DNA from: Abditibacterium sp.
GTDB lineage: Bacteria; Armatimonadota; Abditibacteriia; Abditibacteriales; Abditibacteriaceae
Length of the DNA: 64,000 bases
Assembly (NCBI GenBank): GCA_965199495.1
Contig: CBDASK010000003.1
Location: forward strand, 4,544,001 to 4,608,000
Direction of reading: 5' to 3'
Below are positions 38,860 to 49,407 of the stretch, in pieces. Position 1 is the stretch's first letter, and every line of letters begins with the position of its first letter. The notes beneath the pieces are model-generated. The model was not told the DNA's origin. It ran no database searches and worked only from the letters and a program-made list of their open reading frames with translations. Position numbers and translations under genes: made by a program.

Positions 38860-40176
38860 ATGGCTTCTCCCACGACACAAACCGCCGTCGAGCATTACGT
38901 TTCGGCGTTTACCGACTTTCAAATAGACCATCCGGCCCCGACGTGGCTGACAGAAAAACGCCGCGCCGCGATGGACGCGTTTAAAACGCTCGGCTTCCCA
39001 ACAACGCGCGACGAGGAATGGAAATATACCGACATCACTCCAGTCGCCAACCTTGCAGCCACGCCGATCTTCCGGCCCGATTTGAATGGTAACGCACCGC
39101 ATATCGCCGCCCAATTGCCGTTTGGCGAATTGGCCGGGCATCGTTTGACTTTCGTCAACGGCCACTTCGCGCCCGAATTATCCAATATCAAAGCGTTGCC
39201 GACTGGCGCCACGATTAAGCCAATGTCTCGCGCGATTGAAGAAGACGGCGAACTTTTGCAGCAGCATTTTGGGCGCCATCTCGATTGGCGTAACGAAACA
39301 TTCGCCGCTCTCAACACCGCGTTCGCGCAGGACGGTGCATTTATTCATCTGGCCGATGGCGTTGCGCTCGAAGATTCGATTCATTTAACGTTTATTTCGA
39401 GCGGCGACGGCGAAACCGTGACGCATCCGCGCAACCTGATACTCTTGGGCGCGGGCGCCGTGGCTCATATCGTCGAGACTTACGCGGCGGCGGATGATGG
39501 CGTCTATTTTTGCAACGCCATCACCGAAGTCGAGACCTCGGACGGCGCGCAACTCGAACACATCAAAGTGCAGCGCGAAGGCGAGAAAGCGTTTCACGTC
39601 GGCACGTTTCAATTGCATAGCGCCGAGAATGTGACGGCGAGTTCGCATTGTCTCAACTTTGGCGGGCGCATCGTGCGCAACAACTCTAACGCGGTTTTGA
39701 GCGCCGAGAACAGCGAAATCACGCTCAACGGTTTAGTCGTCGGGCGCGGATCGCAGCACGTTGATAATCACACCGTGATGGATCACGCGCAGCCGCACTG
39801 CGATTCGCACGAGAACTACGCGCATGTTTTGGACGACAAAAGCGTTGGCGTTTTCAACGGCAAAATCTTCGTGCGCGAAGACGCGCAAAAGACCGACGCC
39901 AAACAATCGAACCGCACGTTGCTGTTGTCGCGCGACGCTCAAATTGATGCCAAACCGCAGCTCGAAATCTTCGCCGACGACGTGAAATGCACGCACGGCG
40001 CCACCATCGGCCAACTCGACGAGGAAGCGTTATTTTACCTGCGCGCGCGTGGCGTGCCCGAACGCGACGCGCGTAACATTTTGATTCGCGCGTTCGCGGC
40101 GGAAGTCTTCGAGACGATTTCGCAGGACGATTTGCGCGAGGCATTGGAAGGTGAGTTGAATCAGCGTTTGGGGTGA
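38860..40176 (+). CDS. sufD: Fe-S cluster assembly protein SufD
   Basis: PTTRDEEWKYT, KPQLEIFADDVKCTHGATIG, FYLRARG. Confidence 0.96.
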   Translation: MASPTTQTAVEHYVSAFTDFQIDHPAPTWLTEKRRAAMDAFKTLGFPTTRDEEWKYTDITPVANLAATPIFRPDLNGNAPHIAAQLPFGELAGHRLTFVNGHFAPELSNIKALPTGATIKPMSRAIEEDGELLQQHFGRHLDWRNETFAALNTAFAQDGAFIHLADGVALEDSIHLTFISSGDGETVTHPRNLILLGAGAVAHIVETYAAADDGVYFCNAITEVETSDGAQLEHIKVQREGEKAFHVGTFQLHSAENVTASSHCLNFGGRIVRNNSNAVLSAENSEITLNGLVVGRGSQHVDNHTVMDHAQPHCDSHENYAHVLDDKSVGVFNGKIFVREDAQKTDAKQSNRTLLLSRDAQIDAKPQLEIFADDVKCTHGATIGQLDEEALFYLRARGVPERDARNILIRAFAAEVFETISQDDLREALEGELNQRLG

Positions 40177-40227
40177 ACCTTTCCTTGGCACAACACGAAT
40201 CAAAACTCGTTGAGAGAACCTGTTTCT

Positions 40228-40980
40228 ATGTCTCGATTCAAACATCTCGCGCTGCTTTTAGCGTTCTCTATTTTTAGAACAGGCGTTGTCTTAGCTTCTC
40301 CAGTCCCGTCCTTTGAAATCAAACCTCTGGCCAAAAGCCATGTTCTCTCCCAAGAAGTTCGCGCAGCGATGCCTGCGGGTTCGCACACTCGGTTCGCTGG
40401 TGTTTATCAGCCGACTTCGCCCAAGACGAGGTTACTGCTACATCTCTACGAAGTCCCATTCAACGCGCAAGAGATGGAGACGCGCGTGGAAGGTTACGCG
40501 GACAGCAACTTGAGATTAGATGTTTTTCATCGCACGGCTGCTAAAACCTCGCCGCATTGGGAGAGGCTCAACTCTGTTTTCATCAAGGCCGACGAATTGG
40601 ACAATGGACTGTCGTTCGATAAAATCAGTTTCAACTGGCAGTGGCTCGATCCGGCAAAGCGAAAGATACCCGTTCTAAACCTCAATTTCCACGATAGCGA
40701 CGGCTTTTATGGTGGGTTGGGTTACATCGTTCTCCTCGTTTTTCCGCAGGGTTTAAGCGCTCCTGCATTCAAGGACATAAGTTTTTATGGTTGGGAACAA
40801 ATGGATCAGTATTTCGGTAAGATGGAATTGAATGCTTTGGACGAACACGGGTTAGCGATGGAACGTAGCGAGGCCAAAACCGCCCCAGACAACACACTTG
40901 GAGTGGAAGAAAGCCGCTGGAACGGTCATGGTTTTACCCGCAGCTTCAAGCCATACATACCTACTCAACACGCGAGATAA
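40228..40980 (+). CDS. Hypothetical secreted protein
   Basis: Signal-peptide-like N-terminus; lower GC; no family recognised. Confidence 0.6.
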   Translation: MSRFKHLALLLAFSIFRTGVVLASPVPSFEIKPLAKSHVLSQEVRAAMPAGSHTRFAGVYQPTSPKTRLLLHLYEVPFNAQEMETRVEGYADSNLRLDVFHRTAAKTSPHWERLNSVFIKADELDNGLSFDKISFNWQWLDPAKRKIPVLNLNFHDSDGFYGGLGYIVLLVFPQGLSAPAFKDISFYGWEQMDQYFGKMELNALDEHGLAMERSEAKTAPDNTLGVEESRWNGHGFTRSFKPYIPTQHAR

Positions 40981-41252
40981 ACAATAGAAACGGTTCGCTT
41001 TTCAACGAGGAAACCGGACCGCTTTGCGATACAAGTGGGACTTGCGTTCTCTTCCAATCTTTGTGCTTTCGAAAACCCAGATTGGAAAAAAATAGCAAAA
41101 CGGAAAAGCTGGCGAACAATCTGGTGTTCGGCAGCTTTTCATCTGTTTGTTAGCCAAACGTTGAATCACTGCGCCATTTTAATTTCGCCTACGAAAATAT
41201 CATCACACTCCACGCTTGAAAAAATAAATGTTTGAAAACTCGCTAATCTGGG

Positions 41253-41284
41253 TATAATCTATTTGCGCATACGAATGTGCAAAT
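41253..41284 (+). promoter_or_regulatory. -10 box (TATAAT) followed by a candidate LacI operator palindrome
   Basis: TATAAT at 41253-41258; ATTTGCGCAT-ACGA-ATGTGCAAAT inverted repeat at 41261-41284, just upstream of the lacI-family start. Confidence 0.55.
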
Positions 41285-41291
41285 AACTCTA

Positions 41292-42311
41292 ATGCCCGTT
41301 ACCGCCAAAGAACTCGCCCGCGAACTGAATTTATCGCAGCCCACGGTTTCGCGGATTTTGAGTGGCGATACCAACCATCGGGCGGCGGCGGCGACGCGAG
41401 AGCGCGTGATGGAAGCGGCCAAACGGTTGGGCTATCAGCCCAATGCGGTCGCCAGTTCGTTGCGGCGCGGGCGCACCGATATTATCGGGTTGCATACCAG
41501 CTACGACTACGATGTGCGCAACGAGTTTCTGGGCGCTATCGTCGGCAGTTTGCAACGCGCGTGTTCGGCGCATTCTTTGGATGTGTTGCTGCATTCGGCG
41601 TTGTCGGGCGTTTCGGCGCGCGAGATGTTTGGAAAACTCCGCGATGGGCGCATTGACGGTTTGATTTTGCATTCGCCCAGCGATGATCCGCTCGTTGGTT
41701 TGTTGCGCAAATCGAATTTCCCCGTCGTCGTCGTGGCTGACCCATTGCCCGGCATGACCTCGGTCACCAGCGACGATGCGGGCGGCATGGAATTACTCAT
41801 CGCCCATTTGTGGGAGCGTGGCTATCGTCAGTTCGCGTTTGTGGCGCCGCGTAGCGAATTGGCTTCGGTCGAGCGGCGGCGCATCGCCTTCGATTGCGAA
41901 CTGGAAAAACGTGCGTTGCCCGCAACGAACTTTCGCACTTTTGCGATAGATTTCGAACATACCGCGCCCGTTTTGCCCGAACTGCTCGCCGTGGCTCATA
42001 GCGTGGGCGAGCGATTGGCGGTGTGTTGCTGGAACGACCGCGCCGCCCACAATTTGCTGGGCGACTGCGCACGCAACGGCGTGAGCGTGCCGCAAACGTT
42101 GGCAATCACCGGTTTCGATGGTTTCACGGACGATAAATTACCGGCGCGCCAGTTGGTGACGGCGATTTGTCCCTGGGAAGCCGTCGCAGCCACGGCGCTC
42201 GAACAGTTGCGCGCGCTCATTGATGCGCGCGGCCAAAAATCAGCGGCGTCTAAACCGGCGCCGCAAGAGACGTGCTTGCCGGTTCAACTCCGCATCGGCG
42301 ATACGACCTGA
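41292..42311 (+). CDS. LacI-family transcriptional regulator
   Basis: [20 protein letters not shown]...[23 protein letters not shown]. Confidence 0.95.
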   Translation: MPVTAKELARELNLSQPTVSRILSGDTNHRAAAATRERVMEAAKRLGYQPNAVASSLRRGRTDIIGLHTSYDYDVRNEFLGAIVGSLQRACSAHSLDVLLHSALSGVSAREMFGKLRDGRIDGLILHSPSDDPLVGLLRKSNFPVVVVADPLPGMTSVTSDDAGGMELLIAHLWERGYRQFAFVAPRSELASVERRRIAFDCELEKRALPATNFRTFAIDFEHTAPVLPELLAVAHSVGERLAVCCWNDRAAHNLLGDCARNGVSVPQTLAITGFDGFTDDKLPARQLVTAICPWEAVAATALEQLRALIDARGQKSAASKPAPQETCLPVQLRIGDTT

Positions 42312-42394
42312 CGCCCCAGCGTCATACAAACGAGGCGATTTTGCTTTCACTTGCTTCGCTTTTCAGCTCATTTTTCCACCAAGGAACTCTCCCA

Positions 42395-43156
42395 ATGAAA
42401 CCCACTCTCACACAACCAAAACGGACTTCTGGATTCACCCTGATAGAATTGCTCGTCGTTATCGCGATTATCGCCATTTTGGCAGCGATTCTGTTTCCCG
42501 TGTTCGCTCGCGCCCGCGAAAACGCGCGCCGCGCTTCCTGCCAGAGCAATCTCAAGCAGTTGGCGCTGGGCATCGAGCAATACAAAAACGATTACGATAC
42601 CAAATATCCCGGTTTTGGCCAACCGGGCAATGTGGGCTGGGCGCAGAACGTGCAGCCCTACCTCAAGAGTCTGCAAATTTTGCAGTGCCCCAGCGAGCCG
42701 ACGGGTGGCCCAGACTATTCGCAACCGTTGCCCGCACTTGTGGCCGATACCAAGTTGTGCGATTATTTTTATAATGCTTCGCTAACCAACTACAATCCAC
42801 AGGACGCCAACTATGGCCGTGCTGAATCCGAACTATCGCAACCCACTCTGACCATTTTGGCGGGCGATGGCAGCGTCTATAACGCGGGCAACATTTTGCC
42901 TTACTACGATAGTGGAACCAATGGCTTCGATTGCAACCAAACTATGGGTGCGATGCCAGACGATCCGGCGTCTTATCCGGGCGGCACATGCGGTTGGGTC
43001 GCGTTTCGTCGGACTCCGGGTAAGCGTCATTTGGATGGCGCAAATTACGCTTTTTGCGATGGTCACGTAAAATTCGTGCGCCCGGCCAACGTGTGGGGCA
43101 ACGGTGCCCCGATGTCGGTTTCTCAACAAAACCCGACGTTCCGCCCGGTAGAATAA
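42395..43156 (+). CDS. Prepilin-type N-terminal cleavage/methylation protein, DUF1559 with H-X9-DG motif
   Basis: [59 protein letters not shown]. Confidence 0.93.
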   Translation: MKPTLTQPKRTSGFTLIELLVVIAIIAILAAILFPVFARARENARRASCQSNLKQLALGIEQYKNDYDTKYPGFGQPGNVGWAQNVQPYLKSLQILQCPSEPTGGPDYSQPLPALVADTKLCDYFYNASLTNYNPQDANYGRAESELSQPTLTILAGDGSVYNAGNILPYYDSGTNGFDCNQTMGAMPDDPASYPGGTCGWVAFRRTPGKRHLDGANYAFCDGHVKFVRPANVWGNGAPMSVSQQNPTFRPVE

Positions 43157-43173
43157 GGCACCGCATCAACGAT

Positions 43174-43347
43174 ATGACACTCAAAAGAATCTCCTTTGCG
43201 CTTTGTGCGCTCCTTGGCTTGCTCGTGGTCAACGGCTGTTCGAGCAGCAAGACCGACAGCGCCACCAATGTGCCGGGGCCACCCACGGGGCCGCAACCCG
43301 CAGCCAATACCTCAAGTGGCAATCGAACCGGCAACACCGTGCAGTGA
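43174..43347 (+). CDS. Small lipoprotein (57 aa)
   Basis: MTLKRISFALCALLGLLVVNGC lipobox followed by a Pro/Gly/Ser-rich tail; directly after the DUF1559 gene. Confidence 0.7.
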   Translation: MTLKRISFALCALLGLLVVNGCSSSKTDSATNVPGPPTGPQPAANTSSGNRTGNTVQ

Positions 43348-43428
43348 TCCGCTTCGACGCTTCCTCCACTTTTTCAAACTTCCAACAACCGGTGCCATCA
43401 CGTCATGGCATCGGCTGTTGATTTTTTC

Positions 43429-45285
43429 ATGCGAAACTCTTTTCTTTCCCGCTCTCTCTTTTTGCCCCTACTCTGCGCCACAACTTTAAGCGCGTGCGCG
43501 CAAAACAACGTCGGCGTGGCTGCTGATGCCGCGCCCCAAGTCGCGGCCCAGAATACCGATATGAAACCAGTCCCCGTGACGCTCAAGAAAACCACCGACG
43601 GCACCCAACTGTTGCGCGACGGCAAACCGTATCAAATCAAGGGCGCGGGCGGTTCGGGCAACTGGGCGATGCTGGCTAAATATGGCGGCAACAGCGTGCG
43701 CACTTGGGGCGTTGACGATCTGGCGAAACAGCTCGATGAAGCACAAAAACTCGGCCTTACCATCACGGCGGGCATTTGGCTGGGCCATACCGAACACGGT
43801 TTTAGCTACGACGATCCGAAACAGGTCGCCGACCAGTTCGCCAAAGCCAAAGCCGCCATTGACCAATTTAAAGATTATCCGGCGCTGTTGATGTGGGGCA
43901 TCGGCAACGAAATGGAAGGTTACTCGCCGACGACCGACCCGAAAATGTGGGCGGCGGTGCAGCAAATCGCGGCTTATGCGCACAAAGTTGACCCGAACCA
44001 TCCGACGATGACGGTCGTCGCTGAAATCGGCGGCGATAAAGTCGCGGCGCTCCACAAAAACTGCCCCGATATTGATGTCGTCGGCATCAACTCCTATGCG
44101 GGCGCGGTTTCGATTCCCGACCGTTATCTCAAAGCGGGCGGCACCAAACCCTATGTTTTGACCGAGTTCGGCCCGGCGGGCACTTGGGAAACCGGCAAAA
44201 CCGATTGGGGCGCGCCGCTCGAACCGACCAGCACGGAAAAAGCCGAATCGTATGCCAACGCGTGGAACAAAGCGATTGCCAATCAGCCGCTCGCGCTGGG
44301 CGGTTATGCGTTTACGTGGGGCAACAAACAGGAAGCCACGGCGACATGGTTTGGAATGCTGTTGCCCAATGGCGAACCGTTGGGCGCCGTTGACGCGATG
44401 AGCCGCGTCTGGACGGGCAAAGCTCCGCCGGAAAGCGCGCCGGTTATCGAAAGCTATAAGTTGCAGGGCGACCAAAAAGTGAAGCCGGGCGCGATGGTGA
44501 ACGCCAATTTGACAGTCAGCGATCCCGACGGCGACCCGATCAAAGTCGAGTGGATTCTGCGCGGCGACCTGATGATTGCGGGCAACAACGGCGACGCCGA
44601 AGCCGCGCCTCCAACTTATCCCGACGCGATAATTAAAGGCGATAACAAGGGAGTTCAGGTCAAAATGCCAGACATCGGCGGCGCCTATCGGCTGTTCGCT
44701 TATGCGCGCGACGGCAAAAATGGCGCGGCGGTCGCCAACATTCCGCTCTTTGTCGAAGGCGGCGGCAAAGCGCCCGCCGCTAAAGCGCGCACCGCGAAAT
44801 TACCGTTCGATTTAACGCCCAAAAACGGCGATGCGCCTTACGCCGCGTCGGGTTTCATGGGCAATGCCGCAGCGATTACCGTCGAAAACTCGACCGACAA
44901 TCCGCATAGCGGTAAAAGCGATTTGAAAGTGCAATACAACGCCGCCGACAATTGGGGCGGCGTCGTGTGGCAAAGCCCCGCCGACGATTGGGGCGACAAA
45001 CCCGGCGGCTTCGATCTGGAGGGCGCCCAGAAATTGACTTTTTGGGCACGCGGCGCCAAGGGCGGCGAAAAAGTCGAGTTCGGTTTTGGCCTGATTGATC
45101 GCGACAAAAAGTATTACGATACGACCAAAGGCAAAACGACCGCAACGTTGACAACCGATTGGAAGCAATATACCATTCCGATTGGCGACGTGGATTTGAG
45201 CCGCATCAAAACCGGATTTTACTGGACAGCCGCCGCAACGGGCGCGCCATTCACGTTTTATCTGGACGACATTCGCTGGGAATAA
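43429..45285 (+). CDS. Secreted clan GH-A (GH2-like TIM barrel) glycoside hydrolase with C-terminal CBM-like domain
   Basis: LSAC lipobox-like; GGNSVRTWG, WGIGNE, GINSY, LTEFG; C-terminal LTFWARG...FYLDDIRW beta-sandwich. Confidence 0.8.
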   Translation: MRNSFLSRSLFLPLLCATTLSACAQNNVGVAADAAPQVAAQNTDMKPVPVTLKKTTDGTQLLRDGKPYQIKGAGGSGNWAMLAKYGGNSVRTWGVDDLAKQLDEAQKLGLTITAGIWLGHTEHGFSYDDPKQVADQFAKAKAAIDQFKDYPALLMWGIGNEMEGYSPTTDPKMWAAVQQIAAYAHKVDPNHPTMTVVAEIGGDKVAALHKNCPDIDVVGINSYAGAVSIPDRYLKAGGTKPYVLTEFGPAGTWETGKTDWGAPLEPTSTEKAESYANAWNKAIANQPLALGGYAFTWGNKQEATATWFGMLLPNGEPLGAVDAMSRVWTGKAPPESAPVIESYKLQGDQKVKPGAMVNANLTVSDPDGDPIKVEWILRGDLMIAGNNGDAEAAPPTYPDAIIKGDNKGVQVKMPDIGGAYRLFAYARDGKNGAAVANIPLFVEGGGKAPAAKARTAKLPFDLTPKNGDAPYAASGFMGNAAAITVENSTDNPHSGKSDLKVQYNAADNWGGVVWQSPADDWGDKPGGFDLEGAQKLTFWARGAKGGEKVEFGFGLIDRDKKYYDTTKGKTTATLTTDWKQYTIPIGDVDLSRIKTGFYWTAAATGAPFTFYLDDIRWE

Positions 45286-45387
45286 CTCACAAAGCGAAGG
45301 GGCCAACGCACGTCAGCCCCTCCGTATCTCGATGTTGATAATCCCTTCTTTGAAGCACCTTTAGCCAGTTAATCTAATTTGAAAATC

Positions 45388-46932
45388 TTAACTTTCAATT
45401 GGATTTTTAGACATTTGTTCTTCAATTTGGCCCAAGAATTCCTTTGCCAGCTCTGTTGTTCGTGTATCTTCGGTTGTTTCCAAAAGCGAAACACATTGAC
45501 GCATCAACTCAAAAGCACTTGTAATATCGCCTTCGTTTCTCCGTAATGCAGCCAAATTACCAAGTGATACTGCTTGACCAATAGTGTCTCCCAATTCTCG
45601 CTTAATTTTTAACCCTCGATAACAGGCCTCTTCTGCATTTTTCCATCTACCCAATTGTTGATATAAAGTCACCAAATTATTGAGAATTTGGGCTTCCGTG
45701 AGGCGGTCGCCGACTTCAAGGCAAATGGTCAAGCCCTCTTGATAGATTTCTTCGGCTCGCTCCCATTGCGACTGTTGTCCGTAAACAAGCCCAAGGTTAT
45801 TAAGAGTTTGGCTTTGGGTTGCACGATCTCCCGTCAGGCGCTTCATTCGTAAACTTTCTTGAAGTGCTACTTCTGATTGTGAGTAGAGTTCGCACTGTAG
45901 ATACAGCGCACCCAGATTACCCAATGTTTGCGCCTCACCCACTAAGTCATTGGAGGCTTTAGCGAGGGAAAGGCTTCTGTTGAAAGCCTTTTCTGCATCT
46001 TTCCACTTCCCTTGAGAATAATAAACACTACCTAAATTGCTGAACGTTTTTGATAGGTCAGAGTAATTTTCTGACTCGTGGGAAATTTCCAAGTCTCTCA
46101 GTAGAGAGTCTTCCGCTTGCTTCCATTTTCCCTGAACTCGATAAGCAATCCCCAAATTATTTAGAACTTGACTTTCCATTTGACGATTATTCGTTTCCTG
46201 TGCAACAGCCAAAGCTTTTGCATGGCTTTTTTCGGCCATATTCCAATCACCTATAGCCTGATAGATATTGCCCAAACGAGTTAACAACGAAAATTGAATT
46301 ATATGATGTTGAGAATGAAAGGCTAAAGAGTTGACATCTTCAAGCAGATTTTCGATCTCACGGATGCGTGTCCTTTTTTCTTCAAGGACTAATTTATCGA
46401 CATCCACCCACTCATCTTTTAATAATATCTGCGCTACTTCTAAACTTGCCTCTGGTGTTCGCGCGAAGAAGTACAATCCCGAACGCACCGAGTAAAAATC
46501 GGGTGCGCCCCGCATTATCGCTACTAACGCATATTCGGGCACAAACAGCACAAGTGGGCATGACATGACACGCGGGAACGAATTGCGCGCGGCGTTAAGG
46601 TTAGCCACGACGGGCGAGTTGGCCGCGTTTTTAGAATCGGGCAGCGAATATTCTAAACCACCGACTAAAACAGCGTTAGGGTTGGGTTTAGTCAGACTAT
46701 TTTGAAGTTCGTCGAGCAAATGGCGAATCGGTTCGCGCAGTTCGATGCTCTTCAAAACGGCGTCAGGGCGGTCGGCATGCAGGGCGGCGATGATGTCGCG
46801 GCGTTGCGCGGGGTCGTTACAACGCACCAAAAACAACGCGAAGCCCTGCGCACGTCGCAAAGCCATTTTCAGGGATTGCAACTGTTCGGCTTCATCGTTT
46901 GGCGCCGGGTCAAACGGATCGAAATCAGACAT
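45388..46932 (-). CDS. Tetratricopeptide-repeat protein with N-terminal alpha/beta domain
   Basis: About 7 repeats of the type LNNLG..Y..QG.W..AE; start overlaps the ATPase stop. Confidence 0.9.
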   Translation of the reverse strand: MSDFDPFDPAPNDEAEQLQSLKMALRRAQGFALFLVRCNDPAQRRDIIAALHADRPDAVLKSIELREPIRHLLDELQNSLTKPNPNAVLVGGLEYSLPDSKNAANSPVVANLNAARNSFPRVMSCPLVLFVPEYALVAIMRGAPDFYSVRSGLYFFARTPEASLEVAQILLKDEWVDVDKLVLEEKRTRIREIENLLEDVNSLAFHSQHHIIQFSLLTRLGNIYQAIGDWNMAEKSHAKALAVAQETNNRQMESQVLNNLGIAYRVQGKWKQAEDSLLRDLEISHESENYSDLSKTFSNLGSVYYSQGKWKDAEKAFNRSLSLAKASNDLVGEAQTLGNLGALYLQCELYSQSEVALQESLRMKRLTGDRATQSQTLNNLGLVYGQQSQWERAEEIYQEGLTICLEVGDRLTEAQILNNLVTLYQQLGRWKNAEEACYRGLKIKRELGDTIGQAVSLGNLAALRRNEGDITSAFELMRQCVSLLETTEDTRTTELAKEFLGQIEEQMSKNPIES

Positions 46933-48292
46933 TTGGCGAGTTCAAACGTTGGGCCGTCTTCTTGAATTTGGGAAGTTGGCGCACAATGGGATTCACCGCA
47001 TACCAAGGAGTAACGCTGGAAAACGGATCATCAGCGCCGTCGCCATTGATGTATTCCAGCACACTCAAATTTTCCAACATCCGCGAGTAATCGGGGTCAT
47101 CATTGGGAATTTGTTGGTCATCGGATTTCTCCAGTAGCACCAGCTTTTCCCAGTTAGTTTCGGGAATGCCCACTGCATAACCGCTTACGGTTTGGGAGAT
47201 GGCCTGATGTGCGGCTCGCAAGCGAATTGGGATTTGCTCAGTGAAGGTGCAAGCCTCGCGTACAAACAACATCAGGTTTCTCACATGACCGCCGCTGTTT
47301 TTCAAAAGAAATTCCAAAGCGTCCGCTTCAAATACCTCCTCTAACTTCGCCCCATTTAAGCGGTGTTCCAAAAGCTCGCGCAAAAATTGCAGACCCAGTG
47401 GATAAGATTCGTGTGTGCCGCGTCGGAAAATTTTGACCATCGGCAAGACCATCGGATCACTTCCGTAACGTTGCTTAAGTTGCTGGCTCTCGGAACGCGC
47501 CAGACTCAAAGGGATGGTATAAATGACGTGAGTGCCCAAGCCAATCAACTGAGGCGCTCGTTCGATGAAGAGTTCTCGATGGGAGGCCGCGCCTTCGCCA
47601 AAATCTCCCACGCGCTGAATTTTCTCCAGACTGTCCAAAATTAATACGATGTCGTCAAACGGTTGCTCTCCATTTGAAACCTTAATTTCTTGCACTTTTA
47701 AGCGCGCCCGAGTGAAAACCAAATTTATTTCTTCGAGCATTGTGGTCATGCGCGGCAACAAATATTCGCGCACTTTTTGACGGGCTTCAGGGTCTTTTTT
47801 CAACAAAGCGATCTTGAATTTGGCCTTACCCAATTCGATCTCACCCTCTTCCATTTCAACATCGCGCAGCAGCAAACGTTCCACTTCATCAATTCGTTTT
47901 TGAAAGTAAGAATCCTTCAATTCAATTCCGACTTTTCGCAACGAGGTTCCCAGTTCTGCGACAATGGCGAGCAAAATATCGGTTGGCTCAACATCGAAAT
48001 CATCGAGATACTCTTCGGCATCCAGCACAATTGTAAAATATCGCTTATGGCCGACTTTAGGTTGAGGATTCTCCAACGCTCGCTTCAAACACAATAATTC
48101 CGATGATTTTCCACAACCGATATGTCCCGACACCAAAAACTTCATCGGTTTTTGCGAGAGACGCAAATTTTCCTGCACGCGCTCTGTCAACGCGTTATCA
48201 CCGCGCGCCTGAGAACAATCCACGTAAAACGCGGCGGACGCGGGATCGAAGGGATCGCATGCGTTGTAAAGGTAGGTCAAAATATCGCTCAT
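46925..48292 (-). CDS. P-loop ATPase (AAA/STAND-like)
   Basis: Walker A SGHIGCGKS, Walker B IVLILDSLEK, SGGHVR. Confidence 0.88.
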   Translation of the reverse strand: MSDILTYLYNACDPFDPASAAFYVDCSQARGDNALTERVQENLRLSQKPMKFLVSGHIGCGKSSELLCLKRALENPQPKVGHKRYFTIVLDAEEYLDDFDVEPTDILLAIVAELGTSLRKVGIELKDSYFQKRIDEVERLLLRDVEMEEGEIELGKAKFKIALLKKDPEARQKVREYLLPRMTTMLEEINLVFTRARLKVQEIKVSNGEQPFDDIVLILDSLEKIQRVGDFGEGAASHRELFIERAPQLIGLGTHVIYTIPLSLARSESQQLKQRYGSDPMVLPMVKIFRRGTHESYPLGLQFLRELLEHRLNGAKLEEVFEADALEFLLKNSGGHVRNLMLFVREACTFTEQIPIRLRAAHQAISQTVSGYAVGIPETNWEKLVLLEKSDDQQIPNDDPDYSRMLENLSVLEYINGDGADDPFSSVTPWYAVNPIVRQLPKFKKTAQRLNSPNV

Positions 48293-48476
48293 CGTTATCA
48301 ATCGCCAGTTTAGTCCAAATACTCAATTTTTTGCGTTTGCACAGCAACAAGTCCAACCGCGAGATGCTCAGCCTACCGGTGCTTTGCTAAAGTGCCGATC
48401 TTTTGGAGCAACGGGAAGCCAACCTTGAAGTTGTTGGAATAGAAGAATCCGCAAAGAAGTCAACATCAATTCAGGA

Positions 48477-49406
48477 TTACCTGTTTGCCAACCATACGAT
48501 TTCGTCTGGCGTCAACGTCAGCTCGTCGGCTTGTAACGCTTCGCGCAATCGCGTGGGTTTACTGGTGCCGATGATAGGAAAAACCGGAAACGATTGATTG
48601 ATCAAATACGCCAAAGCGATTTGGCCGGGCGTCGCGTCATATTTGCGGGCTAACTCGCGCGCCCGCTCGCGCCGCGCGTTGTTTTGCGGCGAATTATAAG
48701 CGTCCGTATCGTGGCCGTCGAAAAACCCGTGCGCCGTCGGGCTGTAAACCGCAAGCGCGAAATTATTATCGCGATACCAACCGATTTGCTCTTCAGCCTC
48801 GACCAAAGTGCTGTCGCTGCTTTGCGCATGGGCCAGACTCCAGCGCGGCTGAGAAATCACGAAACCGACTTTATCGTTTGCGCGCGCGTATTCGTTGGCT
48901 TCGCTGATGCGCGCGGTTGACCAGTTGCTCGCGCCCAGATATTTGAGGCGCCCGCGTTCGATTTCGGCGTTGAGCGCGTCCACAATCTCGCCGACCGGCA
49001 CGCGTTCATCGTCGCGATGCAGATAGTACAGCTCGACGTGGCTGCATTGCAGGCGGCCCAAACTATCGTCAAGATCGGCGCCAATTCGTTCGGGCGACAA
49101 ATAATATTCGACACTGCGATAATTCGGCATCGAAATATGCCCGCCTTTGGTGGCAACAACAACTTGATCGGTCAAACCGCGCCGCCGCAAGTAATCGCCG
49201 ATGCCGATTTCACTGATGCCGTTGCCGCCGGGCAACCAAAACGAATAGCAATGCGCGGTATCGAAAAAGTTGCCGCCCGCCTCGACAAACGCATCGAGCA
49301 ACGCGTCCGACTCGGCTGCGGGCAAGGCGAATAATTCGCCCAACCCGCAGCAAAACGACGAAAGTTGCAGGTCGGTACCCGCAAGTGACTGTTGATTTAT
49401 TTTCAT
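48477..49406 (-). CDS. Aldo/keto reductase
   Basis: GGNFFDTAHCY, VATKGG, YYLHRD, GASNW, PIIG. Confidence 0.93.
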   Translation of the reverse strand: MKINQQSLAGTDLQLSSFCCGLGELFALPAAESDALLDAFVEAGGNFFDTAHCYSFWLPGGNGISEIGIGDYLRRRGLTDQVVVATKGGHISMPNYRSVEYYLSPERIGADLDDSLGRLQCSHVELYYLHRDDERVPVGEIVDALNAEIERGRLKYLGASNWSTARISEANEYARANDKVGFVISQPRWSLAHAQSSDSTLVEAEEQIGWYRDNNFALAVYSPTAHGFFDGHDTDAYNSPQNNARRERARELARKYDATPGQIALAYLINQSFPVFPIIGTSKPTRLREALQADELTLTPDEIVWLANR

Positions 49407-49407
49407 C

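Noticed and set aside
36447..40176. Absence of sufS/sufE/sufU next to sufBCD (likewise lone purK, bioD and hydantoinase B)
   Set aside because: Scattered pathway genes are common and the partners may lie outside this window.
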